Shown here piece by piece: positions 53,461 through 64,000 of a DNA stretch of 64,000 nucleotides; the first letter of the stretch is position 1; every line of letters begins with the position of its first letter. The position numbers and the translations under genes are program-made. The stretch comes from Bugula neritina. Lineage: Eukaryota > Animalia > Bryozoa. Below the pieces are notes generated by a model. That model did no database searches, was not told the origin of the DNA, and was given only the letters and a program-made list of their open reading frames with translations. Where the stretch lies: assembly GCA_964035545.1 (NCBI GenBank), contig OZ037766.1, forward strand, positions 29,390,640 through 29,454,639, written 5' to 3'.

Positions 53461-56400
53461 TAATCGACAATTATTTAGTTTAAAAATGTTATTAATAATT
53501 TATAAGCAGATTGAGCTTACCCATCTCTAGCTTTATTTGTTATATTGGAAAGTCGAAGTGAGAATTTTAGGTTCAAGCAAAAAGATATAAGCTGTTCAGT
53601 TGAAGGGGTGTACTTGTAGAGTTGAAGATATCACGTTGGTTGCGAGGGATGAAATAGACTAAGTACTTAACACGTTGCCGAGGTTTTCTTAATGCAAGAT
53701 TATTTTAATTTTAGAGTTGTGTCATTTTTCAACTAAAACCTATGCTTCGTGCATACACAAAAGTATTACGCAGCGATTACTAAAAAAATTGCTCGGTTAA
53801 GTACTTTTCCGCCGTTTTTGCAGAAATTTCCGCTTTTCCGTTTACGCAGTTTACAAAAACCGTAAAAAGTAGGCTACTGCGTCTACAAATATATCATATA
53901 TAAGAAAGTTACTTTATCTTTGCTTTGCAGTTTTAGAATAATAGCTAGCATACATAATTTTCAGCTAAGCTTGGTAATTAATCAAACTGCCTGCACATAT
54001 TGCAGAAAAAGTTTTCACGTATACTATCTTTGTGACACCTCTTCTTCAAGCTATGTGTAGGAGCAAGAACTAACTCCCAAAAAAATTTCATACCACATAT
54101 GAAATTTTTAAAACTTAGAAAAAGTAGTAAATTGAGCTATCACTTGGCAAAAATATAAGATATTTTTGTGTATATATGTTTTATATTGAACAAAAGAAAA
54201 TTAAATATACTTTGTTTTGCATTTTTATTTATTTTCATAAACAATAAAAAAACTGTAAAAAATTAGCTCCTTCTGTGAATACAATGTTTTTAGAAGATAA
54301 ATTTTACAAACACTATTATTTATTTAATAATTAAGTTGCTATATAGTAACCATAGTTGCATGTCTGCTTATAAAAAATTCACTATTTTTTCCAAGCTAAA
54401 ACAAGAAATGTGACCCCTAGCATAATCAACATGTTTTTGTGCATTTCTTTGTCTAAGTCATCATATACCACATTATCAGAATAAGTCTGCACTCAGCAAA
54501 TAGATAGTTTGTTTTTATCCCATTTGCCAAATAAAACAACATAAATAATGCTCATGTGACTTGGCAATAGCTTAGCTAAGTTCCTAGAGTAGTAATATCG
54601 TGTGAGAAAGTCTGCCTAGTGCAAAGTCAAGTCAAAAACACAATGCCTAATTCTGAACACCTCGTGGTATAAATGAAGCATAATTGTCGGTGTCTATAAT
54701 TTCTAACCTGCGCAAACATCATGCATAAGTTTGATAGTCTTTTCAATCTATCAGGAAATAACAATTGCCTGACAAAAAAGATTTACATTGCATTTGTTTT
54801 TGTTATTGTTTTTGCTTCTGTTTGATTTATTTATGATTAATATGAGATGTTTCATTATATACCAACATATTTAAATTCACATCAATTCTGGTTGTAAGAG
54901 AACCATACAAAAACATCATGTTAATTGTTCTGCATAACGCAAGTGTCAAATACCAGTGTTAATATAAATTATTATATTATTTGTAGTGTAAATAAATATG
55001 CATTAGTGTAAATTTTTAATGTTTAGTGTGAAGTAGTAATGTTTAGTGTAAATTAGTAGTGTTTAGTGTAAATTTTTGGTGTCAAAAGCTCAGCTAAAGT
55101 TTAGTAGTCTTATTCAAGCCAGACAACAGAGTGTAAATTAACAAATACCTGAACAGGTTACCACACAAGCAAAATCCTATTGCATTTGATTAATGCTTTT
55201 ACATGTTTGCTTGTTTTTTGTAACGCTGTAGTTATATTATATAAACAACGTTGCAACGTAATACGTACTGATCACAGAGATGAAATTTAAACTGCAATGC
55301 GGCATAGACTCTTTGCTATTGGCTAAAACAACTTCAAATAAAATTTCCGACCAATCAAAGTTTACTTGTCAGCACTCTAAAATTGACTTGCATACATGTA
55401 AAACGAAAAATTTGGGGTTGGAAAAAAATTCAAAGATGCTGTGTCTAGTTTTATTTTTAATCATATAAAACTTTGGGATCATTTTGAAACTGTTAAAAGA
55501 AATTGTATCAGAGGCCTATGAAGTCTATTTAAATTAGCTGACAATCTTTAGGTATAGGCAGCTGTACATCAATTCAAAGAATTTAATTAAGAAGCTATGG
55601 TCTAAGCCTGCTTTCTGAACAGAATCATATGTGCAGGACATGACGTATGGAAACACTGGCTGTCTAAACAACAGGAGCTGGTAACTTTAGCCAAGATTGT
55701 TTGGCAAACTGAGCGTAGTAAAGTCACTTGGTTACAGTTGATAACCTTACATGCAGGTGCTGAACAGGGCAAAGTATATAGAAATTGACGTTGTTGGCTG
55801 ATACAGCTATACAGCTTACGGTGTTTTTTATTCTAATTGAATCTTACATGCAGCTGCGTGACACAGATGGTTTAGCATATCTTTCTTTGTGCCAGTACTT
55901 TTCCACATATTTAAGAGCTACTATATAGCTAACTAAAATTGGTAAACCTTTTACATATAATTCCTTAAAATAAGCAGTTTATTTTCTTATAAAGTTTAAT
56001 GCTAAGAAAACTCTTTTGACTCTATTACAGTATGTGTAACAAATTCAGCAAAAAGCTAGCCATATAGTAATGATGACTTTATAAAGAGATGAAGTCTTAC
56101 ACGCAGGTCTGTAAGTTGTGTGCACATGATGATTTCAGTGCTGCACATTTGTAATATGATATTTTATAAGTACTTGTGGCTTATTATAGAGTCTTTTATA
56201 TAGCCTGCAATATATTTCTTCAATACTCAATAATTTTGATTTGCAACATTTAAAGTGTACTTACGGTGGGTCTTCACCAATAAACCAGTACAAAGCCTCT
56301 CAATTTTATACAAATACTTCGCTATGTTATAAATCTTATCTTATAAAAAATTGGCATTTTAATTACTTGTTAAAGCATCATATTATTATAGTATTTGCTT

Positions 56401-58516
56401 TGGTGAAAGGCTTCACATATCATTTTAGAATTAGTTCCTACCAACTAAAACTTTTAATATATTTATTATAATATTATAATCATTAATATAAGTCTGCTAG
56501 TTACTAAAACTCGATCATTTGGCAAGTAAAGAGTTTAGTTGCAGTGGCTACCAGCAAAAGCTATTAGCTAAAGCTATATTAGCTAAAGCCAGATTTAAAA
56601 ATCGAAAAACACATGAGATCCATTTGACAAAATATCTGTTATTAAAATGTATAAATACATTCAAGAGAGTAACTGCATGTGGTATAACTGGTATAATTTG
56701 GTAGGATATTCTACACTGCTGAGTCTAATCTCAGCTGGACTATATTTGATGTCAAAAGGATCCTCACAGCACCTGTGCTACCCTGGAAGTATCTAGTCAT
56801 TTTGTTACCCTAGTTTGATCTACTTAAAGCTCTGGCAGATTGTGTCTATTTATAAACGTGAAGTATCTAATTGATGCCGCGAATGCAATCAGGTCATTGC
56901 CCTACCCGTACCCTCTCAGTCGATCATCAGCTTTGTTTGCCAAAATCTGTGCCAACAATCTTGAATTATGTCAAGTCATTTGTTGGCAACAATTTTTTGC
57001 TCCAGAAGTAACCAGATATTTCTAGCAATTTATATAATATTTTGTTTGAAGGAAATAATAATATAAGTTTACTTTGGTAGTGCAATTCTTTATGCGTTTG
57101 CCAGAATTTCTTGTAACAAAAATGTTTATTGTTTCAGACAAAGAAAGTCAAAATGTTTGGTATGCATATGATTAATTTGACAGCTTTTTTTTATAAAGGA
57201 TGTGAACACTAATATATATATCTTATTAGACCATATAATGAATAAAATAATACTGCTTTTTGTTCACTAGAGTAAATTATCTGATGGCTTTAGCATTAAT
57301 TTGTAAACATTTATATTTAGGTGTCAAAATAGTTGTCCTGACATCTTTTTACTGTAAAATAGCAAATAGTTTGCAAAAACAAAACCATTACTTGGCAGAG
57401 AAGGGGTTCATTTTAGAAGCAATGTGTTTTCCCGGTGTTGTTTTTGGAAAGAACCTATCTTTAATGAGATTAAAGTTTCCCAGCTTGCAAAATAGGCAAA
57501 AAAGCATAAATAAAAAATAATTTGGTGGAAGAAAAAAAAGTTTGTAACTTGATCTTTTGTAAGAGAGTTGTTGAAAAGGTGGCGACATATGCACAGGACA
57601 TCTGCAGCTACATGTGACACACACTTGGCTTTGCATCAACCCCATCTGCTTGTGTATGACTATAAAAGCAAATGGAGCTACAGAGTCTTAGCAGTTTCTT
57701 TTGCACATCCTAGGATTACCAAGTTTCTGAAGAAACCACATTAGTTGCAACTACTTGTCAACCTTTACTTGTCAACATATTATTTTCTTTTGAACACTTG
57801 TAAAAGTGTTGCAAACAAACTTTTACATATAATTTTCCATTGTTGTTCAACAGAGTTGATCTTCAAACATCATTTATAGGTAAGCTAACATATTTAAATA
57901 ATTAATTTATTTGTATCCTAATAAAATCAGATACAGTATGCTTTTAAAATATTGAATAGCAGTTTGGTTGGTGCACATAACATTTAACTTTAGCATAAAT
58001 TGCTGATTTTAATCGTGAACTGTTTCACAATATAAAATATTTGGGAAAAATGAAATTGATCGGTTTTGAAAATTGCAGAATTTAGCAAAGCCTATATAAT
58101 AACTATTCCGATATTAGATCCTATAGATCTACATACAGGAGCAACTATAATGATCTCTTTGTATATATTTGTAGCAGTCTCTTTAGTTATTGCATATATA
58201 TCAATACAGGTATTATTGCCAATATTACTCATAAGTATGATTGCAGTTGCATCTAGATATGCAAATCACTTTAAAATTTAGAAAAGGGATCCAAATTTCA
58301 TAAGCTGCAATAATGACACTAATCACAGTGAAATTAGTAACAAAAAAAAAATTCTTGTGGTTGTTTATAGATTAAAAATACTTTAACTATTTCTTTATTA
58401 TCTGTATTTTTAAAATTACAATGCAAAAATATATATTTATTGAAGTTTCATTGAACTGTAGAGAGAGCACAACTTTTGATTGAGTGATAATTGTATGACT
58501 TGCCATTACTTTTAGA

Positions 58517-58720
58517 ATGGGTCATGTTGGGAGAGAATCCGACATCCTGGACTTGTTGGAATCCCCGGACTTCAGATGTGACCAGGAAGTTGTAGTCATA
58601 ATAAATGGCAACAAGAAAGTCATAAACCTGCCACGACTCAACTTTCAAAAAATGTCGATGCTGACCCGTAGAATGCTGTCTAAGAAAAGTCATATGTTAC
58701 ACTCCTCCAGCAAAGCTTGA
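58517..58720 (+). CDS. Small orphan protein 1 (67 aa, MGHVGRESD...)
   Basis: TATAAAA at 57661; putative non-coding exon ending 57879 (AG|GTAAGC); acceptor TTTTAG 1 nt before the ATG; AATAAA just after the stop. N-terminus conserved with 62185-62382. Confidence 0.6.
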   Translation: MGHVGRESDILDLLESPDFRCDQEVVVIINGNKKVINLPRLNFQKMSMLTRRMLSKKSHMLHSSSKA

Positions 58721-61700
58721 ATGTAATAAAACAGAATAAATATGATCAACACGACAGATTCAGAGTAAATAGCATTAGACGTGAAAATTAGGTAGTAGAT
58801 TACTGTGTGTGATATTTATTTTAATGTTATTTGAATTGCTATTGTCATATTTTATTTATGTGACAAGTTCATTTGGGTTAGAGACATTTCCTCAGCATGC
58901 ATGAACACACAAATTCATAACTTGTTTATATAATGATGTAATGTCGCATTCTGGTATTTTTAATGCCCATAAATATGCTATTTAACAAATATTGATATTT
59001 TTATATAATCAATATTATTATTAATTATAGTAAAGTGTTGTAATTTATTTCTTTGGCCAGTCTTTTCTAAATGCTTTTGCTATTATAGATTCACTGATGT
59101 TGTATATATAAATATTAGCTTTAGACTAGAGGTTGTGGTAATAACTAACTATACACTTGTACTTGTGAGAGCAGTCTTTGTCTATTTGTTTAAATATAGT
59201 AATAAAATTTGTGTGTACTTTAATCTTTTCACTCATATATATAGTGCTCAAATCCTAGAAGCAAAATATTGATGCAATTATTTTATTGCAGTGCACATCT
59301 TGATTCGTGAGCTTACATATAACATGAACAGTCTCTCTAGCTAGTTGCATTATGTGACATAATATATAAGCTCTGATTTGTGATTGTAAGCATCAAACAT
59401 TAAAACTGCTTAATAATTACTTACTTACACATTTCATTGCTAGAAGTTTTGCTCATATTATAATATATGTAAATTTCATGGTAGATAACTCCAAATTCCA
59501 AGTAGGGCTGGTTTTGGAGAATGGTATCAGGGAAACGTGTCAGTGAACTGATGAAAGTGAATTACCCATAGTTCATGTTGATTCACAGTTCAGTGACTGA
59601 TATGCACATTTTCACGGAATAGATTTTGGCAAGAGAGATATTAGGCAATACATAATAATTACCTTCTTCTAGAGAACAGGATGCCCAAAGGAATGTAGAC
59701 AGAGTAAAAGGATGTTGAAATTTCTTTTAGGAGCAAAAAACACTGCCAGGCAATCTTTATTACAATATATAAATTATTGCAAAGAATTTCTTAAGCAAAT
59801 AAAATCCTGATATTTTTACAAAGAGGAAAGTAGGAGTAGTCACAAAAGAGCTAGGGTTGCTGTCATTGTTTGCCAGTTCGATGACATAACGCTGCCAGGG
59901 CATTAACATAATAAAATGTTGGCAGATATAAAAACTGTCACTACTGTAACTTGTTTCACAATAAATTGCTTATTATAGTGTTGAACAATATTAGTGTTGG
60001 CTCAAGTGAGGTGTTGAAAACCGTAGGAATATAATTTGGACAGTGACACATCTATTGCCACCTCAGCATTTCCAGTTGTCTCAAAGACTTTGATTGACAG
60101 GGTTTGTCAATAGGTATAGCAGACACAACTTGGGTGGTATAAAATTATAATTCTGATTAAATAACATTTCAAATTTCACAGACACCCTTATGTGGCATAT
60201 TTATCTCTTATTAGTGTATAACCAAAATTTTATTGCAAGCGGCTAATTTATCCACCTAAATTTTAGGGTAAAGCCCAGTTTTTCATATTTTTGTAGAATT
60301 TGATAATAACGTAATGCTGTCACTTTTACTGTATTATAGCCACATGACATACAGTGAAAATCTAAAATGATGCATGATATGTAAAGATTTATGCAATTCG
60401 ATATACTAAGATGCTTATAATATACTTCTTAAGCATTGTCATAAAAAAACGCATTGTTTTCATAAATAAAACACAAATATTATTGTAAGTGGCTTGACAC
60501 TGGCCATAGAGTAGTTCTTTGGAAATTAACCAATGACTTAGATGACAAGATAGCCTAAAATTCTCGTCAACATGTTCGATTTATTATTTGAATACCAGTT
60601 AAAAACACTTCAATATATCATTTGCTGCATGCGAGTGACCATCAGTTGTTATGCATTTAAAAGCCGTATTGAATTTGACACTTCTTTGCAATATTTTAAT
60701 ATCAGACAGGTAGCTAGGATAATGTGTATTAATGGTTCATTGAGTAATGTTGAGTAGATCTATCTTTTTATATTATCGCCATATTTTCACAAAAAAACAA
60801 TTTGACATAAAATAATTTTGTAATAATCTCAATGGTCATAATGTCTCATTTAAGAAAAATAATTGCACAATAAATAAAGATTAATATGACCGACAATTAT
60901 ATTTATGGCCTATATGCCTACATGCTTGTGTATCGCATAGAGAGTTTAATTTGAGAAAGAATTTTAGTTTCTTTTATAAGAAACAGCTATAAGAAGTGTG
61001 TAATTATCTATTGCACATGCATTACAATACTATTTACATGTCGAACCAACAATTATTATTTATTTTCAGTATCTAATAATTATAGTATGATTGATAAAAT
61101 TTAAACTAATATTTTTGCAGCTATATTGGCTACAACAATGTAAATAAAATACATTTATTGTATGGACAAATTAAATAAAATACAATAATTGTATAGAAAC
61201 TACAAAACTGCAAACATAATTATAATACAATGATTGCATTAACATTGTAAATAAGATACATCTACTAGGCAGGCATTGTAAATAAATTGTAATTCTTATA
61301 TAGAAATTATAATCAAAATAAATATTTTGTAAAAGCTTGAAAATAATCAGTCTTGTTGCCTAGGAAATGCAAAACAGCTGCAAGTGATTAAAGCTCACAC
61401 TACATGAATCAACACTTACTGCTTCGTTTCATAACAATTTGCATTTAAAGTAAACATCTACTGGCTAAGGCAACAGCTGATGGAATAATACCTCCACATC
61501 TGATGGCCATTGTAATTTATGACTTTGGAAAATTTAGTGTAGGCAGAAGATATCAACTCTAGCAATTGCAACGTCCCGGTGCAACTCTTAAACTAATTGC
61601 ATGAATAATGCTTTACATCAACTGGCGAATTCATTGATGATTGATCGCCAGTGGAATGATTCCATCTGCATCAGTAAAACTGGTATATAAGAGGTGGGTA

Positions 61701-62184
61701 ACAAGATTGAACCAACCATTCCACTAGTGAATCTCGGCTAATACACATCCACAGGTGTGAACAGCTGCTAGTACAGATTATATAAAATTATTCAAGAAGA
61801 TCTTAATCTATAAAGTATCACCTTTCACTCTACAAAACAGGTAAGCATTGTGCAAAGTATACATAGTTATTGGAACAGTATACCTACTATTTACTTTTTA
61901 TACCATGCGTCCACAGTTTTAAATGAACAAAATGCTAGATGTAGCTTCAGTTTTCCAAAGTAACTTTTTAACAGGTTCATATATTTCCAAATTTAAGAAA
62001 TCGATATATACCTTCATCCCTTCTAAATTATTTTATCATTTTACTTGTTTACATGTTTAAATAAAATAAATATTATGTAATTAGAGTATTAAGGCATACT
62101 TTTAAAAGCATTAAATCTGAAATTCACCTGTTTAAATTACCTCTATCTTCAAACTAAGAACAAGGTTAAATTTATTTTCTAGAA

Positions 62185-62382
62185 ATGGGTCACATTGGAA
62201 GAGAATCTGACATGTCAACTTTGGTGATGGACACACAAGATACAATTTCTAATATCGTCATGGCAACAGCAGCAACAACACAAAAGCCTATACATGAAAT
62301 TGGGTTAGAGATGTCAAAAAGCATTGCTTTTAGCAACCAGAAATATCTATTCACGAGCATGCATTCCTGCCTGTTGGGCTAA
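62185..62382 (+). CDS. Small orphan protein 2 (65 aa, MGHIGRESD...)
   Basis: TATATAAG near 61684; putative non-coding exon ending 61840 (AG|GTAAGC); acceptor TTCTAG 2 nt before the ATG; AATAAA near 62664. Paralog of 58517-58720. Confidence 0.6.
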   Translation: MGHIGRESDMSTLVMDTQDTISNIVMATAATTQKPIHEIGLEMSKSIAFSNQKYLFTSMHSCLLG

Positions 62383-64000
62383 AATCATGAATAGCCGGGA
62401 TGAAATCAGCGAAGAACTTCTAACCACTACCTCTAAAGATATTATAATTGGTTTAATATTGTATTCAATGTCCTTATCTAAAAACCTACGAAACCTCAAC
62501 GGAACTTTTGTACATTACAGCTGATGTATCTATATATAACTATAGTTTCTATACATGCCTTTATTACTTTATTATATAAATTATATCTTTCAAACATATA
62601 AGCTGATTATATAATATTTTGAGTTGTGAACAGAGATATGTTTTTTATTCAAGTATCATTTTCAATAAAGTGTTACATAAAATTTAAAACTACAGCTGAA
62701 TATCTTCCTACTTGTACCATAAGCAGTAAACATATAGAAATTCATTATATAGAGCTACCTTCAGTAGTGTGGATGATATCGCAGCACTAACTTAGCACGT
62801 GATGGTTGGGACCACAGGTGCATGATATTACCTAACAGCTTGCGTAATCAATTTCTTATGTAACTAACTGAAAAGCTCTAGAAAACAATTATACACATTC
62901 AAGGAGTCATTGACACGAGTTTGTTAATAAATAACAGAGAAACTTTTTTCTAACTGCTTCAAACCCGGTACTTCAACATAATTATAAATCAATTTTCCTG
63001 ACATCATAGAAGTTTGAGCAAAGCAACGGCTCCAATAGTCAAACACGTGAATCTAGAGGAATTTAGTTTACACAAGAAGTTTGAGATGAAGTAGATACTG
63101 GTACGCGTATAGCTCACTATGTCAGCTAAAAATTCAATTTTAATTCATTAAAATAAAAGCATATCCTACATAATACTGTAAGACATTAAAATTGTGAATG
63201 ACCCAACTATAAGAGTGGTTGAACAGAATGTGTTCTAAATTTTATGCTGTGAAACTTATTGGCTACCCAATCACTGGACCACCCAGTGTATGGTCACGTT
63301 GTACGTCCAACAAAAAGAGCCCAGGAATGATTGATGGTAGAATAATGTGACACATTTAGAACAGAAGGAAACGTTTCATTATTGTTATATTATCATTATT
63401 GTTCTATTATCGAAAAAGGCAAATACAACATCTTAAAGCACCAGTCATTCCAAACCCTATCAGTAATTATATCTAAAAATAACAGCCATATGGCAAATAT
63501 CCAATATAGTATGGTGAGGTATACAGTAGCATCTCGCAGTGAAAGGAAAAACTAAATCCAAAAAAATATTTGACAAAAATAATAGTTCTCAGCAACCAGC
63601 TAAAAGCAGGCAAAGAGAATAAACAACACGGAAGGTTTATACAAATATATAAAAAAATAACCCGTGATAAACAAAATATTGCATGTAAAGGAAATATGAC
63701 CATCACTATAAATTAAAATAAACAATCAATTTTATGTCTGACAATTGATGTAGCAGGATATAAGTAGAAGAGATCAAATGGTGAATATTTTAGGTCTGTT
63801 CTGTAGCGCTGCAGGTAGAGATGTACAGAGAAGTGATCTATAGCGAGGGATCTCTTCAGTGTGTGGTACCTCCACTTGTAGGATGGGAATTTGCTGACCA
63901 GACAGTACCTACAATTGACTGTAAACTATCAAACGAGTGGAGATAAACCAGAATAACTACAGATGTATGATATTAGCCATGTTAGGGTGGCCAAATGGTA

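Larger units (their letters stand above)
49360..53862. mobile_element. Mutator/MULE-like TIR element (4.5 kb) with gene cargo
   Basis: TIR CGGTTTTTGTAAACTGCGTAAACG (24 bp perfect, imperfect beyond). Perfect 9-bp TSD TAAAAAGTA (49351-49359, 53863-53871). No transposase recognised. Confidence 0.82.

Noticed and set aside
55000-55090. Short TTAGTGTAAA repeats as a transposon end
   Set aside because: No matching opposite terminus or TSD could be identified.

Overview
AT-rich, intron-rich metazoan genomic DNA, most likely from an invertebrate (possibly a lophotrochozoan; the taxon cannot be fixed from sequence alone). From left to right: (1) Two tandem CYP20A1-like cytochrome P450 genes; copy 1 has no exon 1 in the window and its upstream intron holds a three-level nested transposon stack. 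(2) A 5-exon type II membrane BRICHOS-domain precursor gene (23131-25986) ending in two tandem, homologous, alternative last exons. Each encodes a dibasic site followed by a different 14-aa Cys-free, alternating hydrophobic/charged beta-strand peptide (KADVTIEIKLIIKK / KADVSIEIKIVVKF). A decayed inverted paralog carries its own peptide variants. This is the most novel-looking system in the window. (3) A tandem array of secreted UMOD/GP2/OIT3 D8C-like domain genes: two intact, one frameshifted, one remnant. (4) Several non-autonomous transposons with clear TIRs/TSDs, including a 4.5-kb MULE-like element carrying a spliced, decayed ubiquitin-specific protease gene, plus a stray HCN-channel fragment. 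(5) Two paralogous small-ORF genes sharing the N-terminus MGH(V/I)GRESD. Gene models and family assignments were made by eye from GT-AG sites, frame continuity and remembered family motifs; no searches were run.
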